64,000 nucleotides of DNA from Camelus dromedarius. Lineage: Eukaryota. Below the pieces are notes generated by a model that worked only from the letters and a program-made list of their open reading frames with translations, made no database searches and was not told the DNA's origin. Below are positions 41,401 through 54,550 of the stretch, piece after piece. Numbering within the stretch: the stretch's first letter is position 1; every line of letters starts with the position of its first letter. The stretch is from assembly GCF_036321535.1 (NCBI RefSeq), contig NC_087436.1, positions 36,768,001 through 36,832,000 of the forward strand, read 5' to 3'. The translations under genes were made by a program, and so were the position numbers.

Positions 41401-41890
41401 TTAGAAGCATTAGCCCAGATGTCTCCATCTCAGAGTCAGTTGCCCAAGTTTTCCCCACCAGAGCCCTGACTTTGATGTAACAGACATTGTTGGACATTAA
41501 CTTTGAAATTCAGCCACTCAGACTGCAAAGTCTGAACACGACCCTCAACTTTCTCTGCTCTCCCTATAGGAGTTGAGCTTATCAGTATGTAAACAAAGAG
41601 GCCTCTGGGCTTCTAGAGGCTTTTTAAATCTTTAACTGGCCCTCAGCTCTTCACTGTCTTTCTGTTGAGCATCAGTGGAGCTCACAATACCACCCAGTAC
41701 TGCAATCCTCAGAGCTACTGTCTCCTCTATGCTTCTCAGAGGAGATCCAGAACACCTGTTAGTGCATTTCCTTCCACTGTACACCCCTCCCACTCATCAC
41801 CAGTGAACAATTGGACCACTGCCTTGTGCCAGGGGCTGCTGCACTCCACCTGCCACCAGTGAAGGGGTCCTTGTTACCAGCCAGCTCTTG
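38430..41890 (-). mobile_element. Decayed ERVL-class (HERV16/ERV3-16-like) internal region, truncated before integrase
   Basis: RT IHYIDGIIL (YIDD decayed) at ~39530; WRIIINYCKLNQL at ~39800; protease-region SPVRVG at ~40190; RNase H-region EGKLSQWAE at ~38650. Confidence 0.85.
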
Positions 41891-41897
41891 GCTGCAA

Positions 41898-42285
41898 CAA
41901 TTGCAGGCTGGGTTCTTGGGAAACAGACGCTGAGATGGAGTTTAGGGTGCAGGGTGTTTATTAGAGATCAATACCTGTGAAGAGAAGGGAGAGGAAACAG
42001 GATTTAGGAAAAGTGAGAAGACAAACTGTGATGCAAGCCAAATAAAGCCTCAGCTTTGGGGGAGGGGGGGGAGCTCTGTACCTTTAACATTTCACCCGCA
42101 TCCCCTGTGGCTCAGTCACAGGATGTGGTTGCCCAGGAAGGGTGTGACTGGCGGTTCATCTGCAGCTGAGGCAAACCCTGAAGGAACTGACAGCTGGAGG
42201 CTGTCTGTGGTCTGCATTCCCCACAGCTGGGCAGCCGTGATTCCTTGAAAGAAGATCTAGGGGGCACATTTCAGTATTTACCACA
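41898..42285 (-). mobile_element. LTR16-like 5' LTR of the ERVL element
   Basis: Minus strand starts TGTGGTAAAT and ends AATAAAC...CTCCATCTCAGCGTCTGTTTCCCAAGAACCCAGCCTGCAA. Confidence 0.85.
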
Positions 42286-42711
42286 TTGTTTTAATTTTAT
42301 GTTTGGGATTATTTAAAATATTTACATAATTTAAAGTCAAAGCCATGTAAAAATTTATACTCAAGGAAGTCTTATTCCCATCTCTATCCCTTTAACTCCA
42401 TTAAAAATATATATGTATTTTCTTAGTTCCTGCTTTTTTTGCCTGCATTTTTGGGCAAAAATTAACAAATTCACACATACACTCTTATCTTCCTTCTTAT
42501 TCAAAAGGCAGCATTCTATCTATATTCATTTGTCCTTTGCTTTTCACTTAACAAAGTAACCTAGAAATCAGTCCATATCAATATATAGAAATCTTCCTTT
42601 TTTTTTAACAGCTGCATAGAACTCTACTGTGTGCATGTACTAGTTTATACACCAACCTCCTAAGATAGGCCTTGAGGTTGCTTCCAATATTTTGCTATTA
42701 AAAATAATGCT

Positions 42712-43066
42712 ATTAGAAACAATAATCACTTATATATGGAATCTAAAAAAAAAGACAAACGAACTTATTTACAAACAGAAACAAACTCAACAAACTTATG
42801 GTTACGGGGGAGGGAGAGGGGGTAGGAAGGGATAAATCGGTAGTTTGAGATTTGCAGATACTAACTAATATATATAAAATACATAAGCAACGAGTTTCTA
42901 CTGTATAGCACAGGGAACTATATTCAATATCTTGTAGTAACTTATGGTGAAAAAGAATATGAAAATGAATATATGTATATTTGTTTATGACTGAAGGATA
43001 TGCTGTACACCAGAAGTTGACACACATTGTAAACTGAATATATTTCAATAAAAAAGTATATATACA
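42712..43066 (+). mobile_element. Short L1 3' end nested in an old minus-strand L1 (~42290-43270)
   Basis: 12-bp TSD aaaaataatgct at 42700 and 43067. Confidence 0.9.
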
Positions 43067-43459
43067 AAAAATAATGCTGCAAATAATTTATGTTTTGCAT
43101 ATTTATGAAGGTTTGTCTTCAGGGTAAGCTCCTTCAACTGGGAGTGCTTGATCAAGGGATAAATACACATGCAGTTTTGTAAGATAGGCTCACACTCCCT
43201 ACCACCTGAAATGTGTGAAAGTGCTCCTTTTCACACAGCCTCACCAACAAAGTGGGTTGTCAACCTTTGGACTGTTGGCAAGAAACCTGATTTAATTATC
43301 AGACCTGTAAAAGTCTGATTTCTTTCCTCACTTATCCTGTTGTTCGTTCTCTCTCCTGTGATTGCTGTTTTGTGGAATCTACAAGGCCTGAGGTAGTCTG
43401 GCCCCGCTCCCTACCTCCCTTTCGTCATCGCAGATCACTCTCCCACCAAGCCATTACGC

Positions 43460-43994
43460 TATTAGGTAGTTAGATACGTGGGGGCACCGGGCAGATAGGT
43501 GAAGGAGAGGGAGGATGGTCCGGAAGATGGCGTTATGCCCGCCTCCAGCATAAAGGGACTTAACTTCTCAATGAGTGCCAGCAAGAAACCGGTTAGAACG
43601 TGACCGCCACGACTGCATGGTGGCAGAAAGGGCTTAACCGGACAGGACCCAATGCTCATTGTAGTATAATGCAATTTAGGCTTCCCCTTTGGGTTTTCTG
43701 TGTACACCATGGGTAAGGACACGCACAAAGGGGTTAAGCATGACTAAGCACTCCAGGGATAAGAGCCGTCAATCTATCAATAGACCACCTCTAAGCGAGG
43801 GTGTAAGAGAAAGGGGAGACAAAACCCACTGCTTTTCCTCCCTTGCATCAGCCTGCCTCTGGTCCTTGGACATGTACTTTTCCTTTTCTTAAATAAATCT
43901 TTTAAAACCTTTCACTACACAACGTACCATCTCCCGACTGTAAACTTGTCCTTGAGGTATGACAAGAACAGAGGTCTTTACCTTTTGGGGTAAC
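43460..43994 (+). mobile_element. Relatively young ERV1-type solo LTR
   Basis: Starts tattaggtagttagata (decayed TGTTAGG) and ends ggggtaaca; CpGs retained; AATAAA near 43892. Confidence 0.7.
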
Positions 43995-44560
43995 ACCCTG
44001 TTGGGCCCACTGATGTCCTTCAAAGTCCAACAACCCCCATTTCTGGGCTCTCAGATATCTGCCTGTGATCCCTCAACAGATAAAGAACATTCTTTACTGG
44101 GCATGTTTCCCCTAACAAACTAATAGCCCTAGGTAATGCTCAGGCTGGCTTGTTTCAGCCTACTTTATCAGTCAAAACCCCACCACCCTTCACAGACACT
44201 AAACTTCTACCTCACCTGCAACCAGTCAGACTTGTGCACAAGCCGATCAGGCACCTTGTGACCCGACCTTACAAAACACCCCATCAACCGGCCCTTGGTG
44301 TGCATGCAGGCACCCCTCACCTGTGTGGCCTGCTGTTGCCTACAGCAGCGTAACTATGGAAATTTTCCCTTGCTCTTCGCCTTGGTGCTCATACAGACAC
44401 CTCACATCTGTGTGACCCTCTGTTGTCTATGACAGTGCACCCTAATAGACTCCTTTCTATTCCCATACTTTATCTCTGGTAAATTCTTTTACTAACCTGT
44501 GTGCACCACCATGTCCCTGTGTGGGCTGCTCCTTGTGTCCCACAACAACCCCCACTCCAC
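43995..44560 (+). mobile_element. Older ERV LTR remnant, probably the host of the previous LTR (5' part ~43300-43459)
   Basis: LTR U5-like ending tctggtaaattcttttac; C-rich LTR composition. Confidence 0.5.
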
Positions 44561-44610
44561 TTTCACTGTGCCCCAGGAACAATGGCCTTCCTTCTGTTCC
44601 TCAAACCCTC

Positions 44611-45140
44611 TGTATCAGTCAGCGTTCTGCAGAGAAACAATCAATATGATATGCTACCTCTTGGCAGCAACTCTTACAGGGTGGGTTCTTCAAGTGCTGG
44701 GTTGATGCTCAGATGGAGTGTGTGTCTGTGTATGTATATGTATTTATAAACATGTTTTAACACCTCTCTTACTTTCTCTGTCTCTGAATCTCTCAGTTCA
44801 TATATATTTTAAGGAACTGATTCATACAACTGAGCTGACATGTCCAAAATCCATAGGGCAGGCAGGAAACATAAGCAGAAGTTAATACTGTAGTCTTGAG
44901 GCAAAATTCTTTCTTTCCTAGGAAACCTGTTTTTGTTCTTCCAGACTTCAAACTGCTTGGATGAGACCCACCCACGTTTTCCAGGGTAATCTCCTTTACT
45001 TCAAGTTAAGTGATTGCAGATGTTAATCACATCTGCCAAATACCTTCACAGCAACATGTAAATTAGTGTCTGATTAAATAATCAGGTACTACAGCCCAGC
45101 CAAGAGCCCAGCCAAGCTGATACATAAAATTAACCATCAT
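44611..45140 (-). mobile_element. MLT2 (ERVL) LTR
   Basis: tgtatcagtcagcgttctgcagagaaac ... cagccaagctgatacataaaattaaccatca. Confidence 0.85.
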
Positions 45141-46137
45141 ATGCTTCAAATCTGTTCTTGCACTTCCTGTTTCCCCAGCCTAAAACCTCTGCTGTCTGAT
45201 CCTAGAATAAATGGCTTATCATTTGGGTCTGTGTTTTAGAAATATTTGTCAAAGGAAGCAGCAAAAACCTCAACTCAAGCATTTTTTTGTGCCCTGAAAA
45301 ATGGTGAACCCCAGTGCCAGTTAGAGGTCCTGTGATGGTACGTAGGAGCCAAGGTCACCAGGTCTTTTCTTGGACTTCCCAGACCTGCCTGCTCAACCTT
45401 CCAGCCACCATTTAAGGAGAACCCTCATCCTCTGTGCTGAGCACTACTTCTAGGGGGTGGGCACAGGGTCTGGAGTCTGAATGAACCTCATTTTAGCAGG
45501 ATCTTCTTTCCTGGAGAGCCAGCTTGTTCCATGAGGTTATTCCTCTTTCCCTGTTCACTTGCTGCGGTCGAATTTGGGGCTGGGGTGAAATGAGAGCAGG
45601 GACTCTGGTTTTACTGCCATAGCCCCAGAGCCTAGACCAGTATCTGCTACATAACAAGAGATGAGTATTACTGCCTGACTCTTAGACTGATTTTTAATTC
45701 ATTTAATTAGATATTAGAGGAGCAAGATTCTGTGGTCCTGCTTTGTTCTACCACTTCATCCCTATATCACTTCTGTAATCTGAAATGTAACTTTTAAGTC
45801 TCAGTAATAACAAGTCATTTTTTATACTGATGATAGTATGTTTAAGCTCTCCCTTCACACCAGAAATTAACACTCTCTTAATTAATAAGATAATTGTTTG
45901 CATACAAATCTCACCATACCCAGAAAATATGATATAGTGTGGTGATTAAGGCATGGGTTTTGGACTTAAACTGATTAATTCCTACTTTGCTGCCTTTTGG
46001 GTGTGTGTTTTGACTTTGGGTACATTACCAATCGCTCTAAGGGTTGGTGTCATAACCTGTACTATGGTGAATGATAATCTCTAGCTCACAAGGTTATTTT
46101 AAGGATTCAATAGTTATGTAAAGCACATTGCTTAGAT

Positions 46138-46643
46138 CAAGGGAAGCTTCCCTTCTGGTGTGTGTGTGCCATGGACACTTTGACAGTCCAAGCTTATAAA
46201 CTGCTTCTCAAAATATGTTTTGAAAAACAGAATACATAGAATTTCTAAGGAAATATTCAATGATAGTAAACATAGCTATCAAACTATATTTAAAAAACTA
46301 ATTTATAATGCATATACTTCTCTATTAACACAACAAATAGTAAGATTTAGTGGCAAGCCTAATAACTACTGAAATCTTTTTATTTTGGTAAAATATGGAT
46401 TCCACCGGCATTCTGAAAGTAGTGATGCGCAAACATTATTTTGAACTAGCTATAGTAACTGTAATGTGATGTGAAAGTATCTGTCATCTCTATTGGAGAC
46501 AAAGTCACATGTACAGCTGATTCTTCTGGGACTTGTTCCCTGCATTATTAATTGCAGAAATTAATAGATTTCAGTTAGAGATAGTAAAAAAAATGTAATT
46601 TTTTTCCCACTCAAGTTTATGAATCCCTGATAAAGAATCCCTG
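46138..46643. mobile_element. MER119-like hAT-Charlie non-autonomous element
   Basis: tgtgccatggac...ctattggagacaaagtcaca...aagaatccctg, with decayed TIRs. Confidence 0.7.
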
Positions 46644-47649
46644 TTTAGAGAAGTGATTATTATTATGACCTTATGCTTCAGATTTCAGTGTCCATCACCA
46701 TCATTTTTAAAACCCTGTGCAAGTGCATAACTGTACCTAGTGTTTGCATGGCTGTTTAAGATGACAGCTATGTAGACTCATTTCTTGCTTTCCTGGGATT
46801 TAGAATCTGAGACAGTTGGATGTGGACATAGAGCAGAATAAAAGCATTAAAGCAATACATGATTCAGTAAGTTGTCAGTCCAAGGACAAGTGCACTTGGC
46901 GAGGACGGAGTAAGAGAAGCACATGCTAGGGTTGTAGGGGAGGGGTTCTTGTTCACACTGGCAGAGCTGAGGAAACGGTTGGGGACGAGAATAAGGCAGT
47001 CTGCTTTATCTAGGAGCTGGGCAATTTCCTTCCTCTGTCAAAAAGAACCGACTGTTGTTTACAGATAAAACTGAGGCGAATGCAAAAGCATCAGTCACCC
47101 ACTGCCCTTTTCTTACCACACCTGGCTATCTAAGATTCTCTTTGACTTGCACAATCTTGCCATTTGAGAAGAGAATGGGACCCCCCGGGGTGCTGTCCTC
47201 TAGAGCCGATTTCCGTACAAGGAATGCCTTCCCTCAGGATAGCATCAGAATCCCAGTGATGTCCCTTCAGATTTCCCCTCACTTCATTTCTCTGCATAAG
47301 CTACTTCTCCTCTTTCTTGGAAGCCACAGTGACCCAATCACTGAGCCTCTCCTACTTGGCCAGCACCATTCCAGGCAACACGGACTCAGCAGTGAACAAA
47401 GACACCTGGGAACAGGTGGAACGTAGGCATTCCAGGAATGACAGAATGGAGAAAAATGGCAAACTGGTAAAAACCAAAAAGGTACTGTGCATTCAACAGA
47501 CGAGGGAACATGAGGGATACACTGGTAAGCAGAGTGCTCACTGTCCCTAGCTCCCGGGGCTGAGTTGTCGTAAAAGTGCTCAAATCCATGGTGATGGTCT
47601 CAAGCAGATCCAGACTTGAGGTGATTCAGATCTGCACTACATTTGGCCA

Positions 47650-48050
47650 TTCCTCTCTCAGCCCAGCTGCCAAGTGTTGAGATTCCTGAGTCTGGGCTGA
47701 TATTTGGCTGGTTTGTAGTAACACAGAGACTCCTGGAAAAATGCCTCTCTTTCTAAGAAAGAGATACATGGGAAGACATGGCCACATTATCTATCAGACT
47801 TTGATCTGCACATGATGCCTGGGACTTGGTAGCCATCTTACAACCATGAAGGGAGCTGGCCTTTGAGTAAAAGCTGACATTCTGAGGACAGTAAGAAAGA
47901 ACGTGGGTCTTTGATAATGTGACTGAGACACTTGATAACTTTCCTTAACTCTGGACTACTTGTTATGTAAGATAATACATATCTCTAATGCTTGAGCAGG
48001 TTGAGATGAGCTTTCTACTAAATCCAGCTGAAAACATTCTAAGTGATATA
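47650..48050 (+). mobile_element. Old MLT1 LTR
   Basis: gtagccatcttacaaccatgaaggg...ctctggactacttgttatgtaagataat. Confidence 0.7.
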
Positions 48051-48204
48051 AAAATTCCTTGCTTATTTAATACTATACCAGCTTATTTAACACTGTAACA
48101 GCCGAACGTTGCTAAATCACTGAACAAAATGTGCAGGCACTGCCCTCGAGGACTTTACAATCTAGAGGTCATGATTACAATGATTATAAAACAGACTAAG
48201 TGTA

Positions 48205-48631
48205 TGTCAGCCGAGGGAGGCTGACGTGGGGTTCTAGGAGGTGAGCAGCCCAAACGAAAAAAATCCACGAGGAGTTGCCATACTGCCAGACAGACTTCAG
48301 CCGGAGACACCATGGGGTTAACAACACTTTATTGCCACAGGGAGGTGCGCACCTATGATGCACCTGTCCTGCTTCTATCTGTTTTCTGTCAGCACACGCG
48401 CGGTCTGAGTTTCTTTGTTCATTAGGCTTACAGAATATCTCTAGCACATGCGTACTTCTATTTTCTTTGTTTTAAATCTTATATAATTGACGCATGCATG
48501 GAGCAATTATTTACTGCATCCTACAAACATGCTCTGATCGTGGCCTTGGGTCCCACGGCCTTAACTCATCTCAAGGCTCTGACCGTGGCCTTGGGTCCCA
48601 CGGCCTTAACTCATCTCAAGGCCAGCTCACA
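48205..48631 (-). mobile_element. Young solo LTR (427 bp) with internal 2x45-bp tandem repeat
   Basis: TG...CA termini; perfect 5-bp TSD gtgta at 48200-48204 and 48632-48636; minus-strand AATAAA at 48328-48333; many CpGs. Confidence 0.88.
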
Positions 48632-48869
48632 GTGTAATAAACTTCTCATTAGTTAGCCAATTGGGAAGAGCTATTCTTTCAATATCAAAAGGAAGTTCTG
48701 GATCACTATCAGATTTATCTGTTAAATGTGACTTTTAAAAAAAGTTTTTCCCAAGAGGAATGTGATCCTTAATTAAAATAACCCCTTTTTGGCATATATA
48801 ACTAATTTGTTTTTAAAGGAAGCTCAAGCCCCACCTTCAGTACTTTGCTTAGAAATTATCTGTAATGGT

Positions 48870-49010
48870 GGGGAGGTTATAGCCCAGTGGTAGAGTGCCT
48901 GCTTGGCATGCATAAGGTCCTGGGTTCAATCCCCAGTACCTTCTTTAAAAAAATAAAGGTAAACCTAACTGCCTCCCCCCCCCAAATTTTTTTTTAATTA
49001 AAAATTTTAA
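48870..49010 (+). mobile_element. tRNA-Ala-derived SINE (vic-1-like), inside a MaLR-internal fragment
   Basis: ggggaggttatagcccagtggtagag...gggttcaatccccagtacc (A and B boxes) followed by an A-rich body. Confidence 0.88.
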
Positions 49011-49319
49011 AAAGTCTCCTGTGATAAATATCCAAATTCATCACTCACAAGTTCTATCTTCCACAAAACACAAGAACGGAATTCAGCCAAGTTCCCTGCC
49101 ACTTTATAGCAAGGATTGGCATACATGATATTAAATGATGATTCTAGGCTTATACTTTTATTTTCATTCTTCATTCAATTCAGAGTAATCTTGTTTTAGG
49201 ATATCAATGTAGGTTTACATTTGAAAAATAATATGGCAACAATGTAATGATTTATTAATCACCCCTATGCATAATGTCACAACTTTGACTTTGTTAACAC
49301 ACTAGTCTAGAAATAAACG

Positions 49320-49556
49320 CTTTATTTATTTATTTATTTATAATATATTTTTATTGAAGTATAGTCAGTTTACAATGTTGTGTCAATTTCTGGTGTATAG
49401 CACAATGCTTCAATCATATAGGAACATACATATATTCGTTTTCATATTCTTTTTCACCATAGGTTACTATAAAGATATTGAGTATGGTTCCCTGTGCTAT
49501 ACAATATAAACTTGTTGTTTATCTATTTTTTGTATCTTAGTTAGTATCTGCAAATC
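49320..49556 (-). mobile_element. Short L1 3' end
   Basis: ttttattgaagtatagtcagtttacaatgttg...tagtatctgcaaatct. Confidence 0.88.
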
Positions 49557-50493
49557 TAAACGCCTTATTTTAGATGGAGGACTCAGTCTGGATTACTCAT
49601 CCTCCTCATCCAGTTTTCTATAATTAAATGACATTGGGATGGATGTGGAAACCTTGGCCATGTAGTTCTCGGGGGTTGACAGAAGCAAGAAGACCTCTGG
49701 TCTCACTGAGAGGGATCTGTGGACACCATGAGACAGGCAAGGCCCTGCAAAGCTTACTCTGGGCTCCAACTTTAAGCGTATGCTACAGATTCCCTCTCTT
49801 GACCCGAGACTTTTCTGCAGTAGTTACACTCTCTGCACATGAGGCATTTGAGAGCTCTGTGGTTATTTTTTAAGTTGTTTTTCATAGATACACTTCTTTT
49901 CCTCCAGTGTTTTTTATAGCTGCTCACATGCTGTGTCCATTGTGTACATCACAACAGGAACTGTTGCTTCAGTTCCTCACAGTCTGAAGTCTTTTTATGT
50001 TGTTAGTTCCCTGCAGTGATTTGTTTCTAATTCTCACGAATATCCATTTTCAGGCTCATCTTTTGAAGTGCTTATTGTATTCCACTAAAGATAGAGTGAG
50101 ACATGGGGGCAAGTGAGGACTTGGACCCATGCACGTCACCCAGGAACAGTACTGCAGGCAAGCGGGGGCAGCGTTCACCAAGGACGCAAATTCATAGCAT
50201 CAAGGGATGTCAGGGCTGGAGGGGGGTCTTTCAGGCCAAATTTGATTCTGTGCCTGCCACAGACTAAGAGGGACCTAACATTCAATAAGATCACAAAAAA
50301 GGTCAACAGCACATCACTATGACAACTTAATGTGGAGCACATGCTAAACGCTGGGCCTTGATGATGTGGTAGGACAGGATTTTCTTTTCCCTTTTCCTTG
50401 AGTCCCTTATTTCCTACCACCCACTCCTATGTAGGCAGAGAGCTCCGGGTAAGGCAGAATAAAGAGACAGAGGTTCCACTGCAAAATCATGCA

Positions 50494-50772
50494 TCAGTTA
50501 TGAGAGGATGGCAACATTAGACAAAGGACGGCTTGTTGGCCCTGATATTGCTTCACTCTGAAGGGTGTGACAGATAAGTGTCTCTGCTGTGATTTATAGT
50601 TGGAATTTTCCTTGGCCTCACAGGGATCGATCCACCAATGACTCCAAGATGAAGCTAAATTCCCAGCGAGGGGCAGGGGATGAAAACAATAAGCGATTCT
50701 ACCATTTAGCATGGAGATTGTCTCTGGTTCTCTGTCAGATGGCTCTATGTCAGGTCTGGTATAGGTTATATC
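50494..50772 (-). other. Candidate terminal coding exon (92 codons plus stop), function unknown
   Basis: Long pyrimidine tract ending CCTACCCTCTCCTCAG|GAT; phase-0 frame open to TGA at 50494; not recognised as a repeat. No homology recognised. Confidence 0.25.
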
Positions 50773-52029
50773 CTGAGGAGAGGGTAGGATCATTTGAGGA
50801 GGGGCAGGGAGAAAGGCTACAACTTGGTATTCTCCCATACTTGTTTGCAGCACATGCAAAGTTTAGTTTTCTGTGTGCCCAAATGAGTGGCTTTATAGAT
50901 TGTATCCTCTAGTTTTAACTAGTCTTCATAAAATGGACAGGTGGCCACAAAAATATTCATGTAGAGAAGCCTCAGATCAAAGATAGAAATAATCCATATA
51001 GCAAGCACAAGTGAATGAAACCAAAACGTCAGAGAGAAATCCTTCACTCATAGCACAGGCTTCCCTGGGCCACTTGAAGAGGTTAAAATAACCACATCTA
51101 ATCATACCTGACTGTAGCACTTACTTAAAAAAAAGTCTAATCCATCTGTGCCAAAGGAAAGGTGATGTTTGAAAAAAATGAATCAGAAAAGAACTTCTCA
51201 GAGACATTTTGAAAACAGATATGAAGAAATATCACCACTTACATTATCTTTAGAACCAGAAATAAGGTGACTGTTGTCTTGTTAAGAAAATCTCATAACT
51301 GCCTACTTAAAACACGTGAAAACAGAATTTTCTAAATGAAGACTAAACGTTTTCCAAAAGGAGAGTTTCAAATGAATTTTGTACCCACTTGCTAAAAACA
51401 TAAAAATCCGACACTTGGGAAGTGATCGGAGGTGGGATGGTTAGGGCTGTGCTTCTTTGAACATGACCCTGTACAGAGCATGGACAAGGCATAGGGTAGC
51501 TGTTTGATGGTTCCTGCTTGTCTACTACTCAAAAGTTGTTGAGTACATAAAAATTGCCTAACAGGACTGAGTTTAGAGCAATAAATTTAAAAGTCCAACA
51601 GCGAGTTAGAAAAAAATTGAATATATTTTAAAATGTCAAAACCTAGTAGCTGAAAATGGACGTCTCTTGTCTCTGTCCACTTGCTCATACATTGATGGAT
51701 GATGACATATAATCAGAACCGAGGTGATTCTTCTGACACAGGAGGTTGCTGCCTGTCACTGAACTCTTCATGTCTTTTACATACATTAAGGACACTGAGT
51801 ATTATGGGAAGTACTGTCTTTTTCACAGTCTTGCCTTTATTAATGGTCTTATTTAGGTAACCTTGTAATTCTGAAGACGTGTAAATTATCCAAGTCTAAT
51901 TTTTATTTCCATCTGTGTTAAAGCCACCTAAGAGGAAATTATCTTCATAGGAAGAGTCTAAGAAAGTGCTGCTTGTTCAAATATTTTATTCATAGAGCTT
52001 TATGCTCTCAGATTTTTAATCGACAACCA

Positions 52030-52440
52030 TAATAGTTAATTTTATGTGTTAACTTGGATGGGCCGTAGTGTGCCCAAATGTTTGGTTACACATTTCTGGG
52101 TGTCTCTGTGAGGGTGTTTCTGGATGAGATTAACATCTGAGTCAGTTGACTGAGTAAAGCATATTGCCATCCCCAATGTGGGTGGGCTTCATCCATCCAC
52201 TGAAGGCCTGAATAGAATAAAAGGCTGAGTAAGAAAAAATTCTTTCCCTCTGCCTGACTGTCCTTGATCTGCAACACCAGTCTTCTGCCTTTGAACTCAG
52301 ACTAGAATTTACACCATTGGCTCTCTTGAGTCTCCTTTCCAGTTTGCTGACTGTAGGTCTTGGTTTTCTCAGTCTCCATAATCACATGAATTAATTTCGT
52401 ATACTAAATCTTTTCTATCTTTCTATCTACCTATCTACCT
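52030..52440 (+). mobile_element. MLT2 LTR
   Basis: gttaattttatgtgttaacttggatgggcc...gtgagggtgtttctggatgagattaacat. Confidence 0.88.
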
Positions 52441-52479
52441 ATCCATCCACCCATCTTTCTGCTTTCCAAATATAAACCC

Positions 52480-53395
52480 TTGTATTCTTGATCTTGTGCC
52501 CTTTTATGTCATTTAGACTAAAACAATGGTTACATTCTCCATCCTAAGAAAAATCCTCTTCCTCTTGCTTCATCCAAGACACTATCTTCTTTTTACAGCC
52601 AAACATTTTAAAATTATAGATTATATTTACTGTTTTAGTTCCTCACCTCACCTTACTCACCTGTAAATTGGTTTCTATCCACAATGATCTATTGCAATCT
52701 CTTAAAGATGACACTGTGTCAAGTTTTGGGCCTCATCCTTTATTCAATCTCAGAATTTGGCTCCATGAACTACTCCATCCTTTTGGAAATTGTTTTTTAT
52801 CTAGGTTTTAATGGTATATCAAAAAGCGCTCTTTGATAGGCTTACTTTCTGTAGTGTGTTTCCCTTACTCCACCACTGACTTGTTAATTGTAGGCATCCC
52901 CTAAAATTGGCCCTCTTCACTTCTGTTTTGGCTTTACCCTCCTACTACATGAGCTCATTAACTTCCAAAGCCTCAGTCTCTGACAATTCCCATGTCTACT
53001 CCTCTATGATTATTTCTCTTTTGAGCTCTGGGTCTCTATTTTCAAGTGCTGGGCATTTTCACATGGATATAACCTTGTAGACTTGAGCTCGACAAGTTGA
53101 AAGCTAAACTTGTCTTCATTGCAACCCCTCTGCTTCTGTATCCTCTGCTTCTGCCTGTGGCACCACTGCCTTCCCAGTTATCTAGACCCAAAACTCTTTT
53201 TCCTTTACCTCTGCACCCAGTTTCCAAATCCTGTTGACTCCCCTCCCCAGAGATACTAAAATCCATCCAATCATTTCCATACCCAATGCTCCCCTCATTT
53301 CTCATAGTTTATCTCCAACTCCTATCTCATATTTCCGAGCCACCCTTTACGTGCTGCCAGAATTACTATAAGTAGTTTAGATGACCTTATTGCTC
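52480..53395 (+). mobile_element. L2 fragment
   Basis: CT-rich decayed L2 ORF2 text. Confidence 0.55.
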
Positions 53396-53399
53396 ACCT

Positions 53400-54550
53400 C
53401 AAAAAGTTGCAGAAAGGTTTCCACTAGCCAAGACTAGAACAGTTTATTCATCAGAATAAGCAATGATAATAATGGTTTATAAGTCATTGAATAAAATAAG
53501 AGTCCATGCTGCTTCTAATGTAAACGGATAAATAAATGTGCAAGGAGAGAAAGGCTCTTCCATACAGTAATATATGCAGAAGGAATTATGAAATTAGAAA
53601 ATCACCATTTGGCAATCTCTATATTAATAATTGTTTCTGGCAAGAAATGACTGGTTGAAAGTTTGATGAGAAAGAGGATGCTATATAGTCTCAATGTAAC
53701 TCCACACAAGACAAAGAAAATATAGAAAATTTACAATGGAAAAACTCAGTGGATACTACCTTACTAAGAGTTCAAGGTTGATATCCATAATTGGACAGAT
53801 AGGTATCATGTATCTCCTTGATATAATGCACTGAGATGGGGCCAAACCTCACTCTGTGGTATTCCTGCACCTCAAAACAGTGTGAATCTAATCATGAGGA
53901 AATGCCAGAATCTACAAATGGATGTTCCTCAAAATAAATGGCCTGGACTCTTCAAAAGTGTCAAGTCATTAGACTGAAGATTTCAGGTTAAAGGGGATCA
54001 AAACAGGGAAGAAAACCAAACACAATTTGGCCTCCTACATTGACTCTCAAACCAGATCTTTTTTTTTTTCTTTTCCTATAAAGGATGTTTGTAAGACAAA
54101 CAAAATTTGAATGAGATCTGTAAATTAAAGTTAATTTCCCAATTTAACTGTATCAAAGTTAATTTCCTGATTTTGATAACTGTACTGGGTTTATACAGAG
54201 AATGCCCTTGGTTCCAGGAGGTACACACTGAAGCACTTAGGGACAAAGGAGCACTGTGTCTATAACTTATTCTCAAGTGGTGAACAATATGAAAATGAAT
54301 ATATGTATGTACACGGGTGACTGGGAAATTGTGCTGTACATCAGAAATCGATACATTGTAACTGACTATACTTCAATTTAAAAAAACATGATTTTACCCA
54401 TCTATCTTTATTTACAAAAACTGATAAAGTAAATGTAAAATGTTAACTTGTAAGGAATCTGGGTAAAGGGTATGTAGAAATTTTTTTGTCTTTGCAGTAT
54501 TTCTGTAACTTTTCTATAAATCTTAAATTATTTCAAAATTAAAACCTAAA
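53400..54550 (+). mobile_element. L1MC-like 3' region with a ~100-bp young L1 tail nested at ~54280-54387
   Basis: aattagaaaatcaccatttggcaa; aatttcctgattttgataactgtactg; nested aatatgaaaatgaatatatgtatg...actgactatacttcaa. Confidence 0.75.

Noticed and set aside
48531..48620. Direct repeats superficially like a CRISPR array
   Set aside because: Only two head-to-tail units, no spacers, inside a mammalian LTR.
48870..48945. tRNA-Ala-like sequence (also 34445-34517)
   Set aside because: Stems are degenerate and the sequence continues into a SINE body and tail; it is a SINE, not a tRNA gene.
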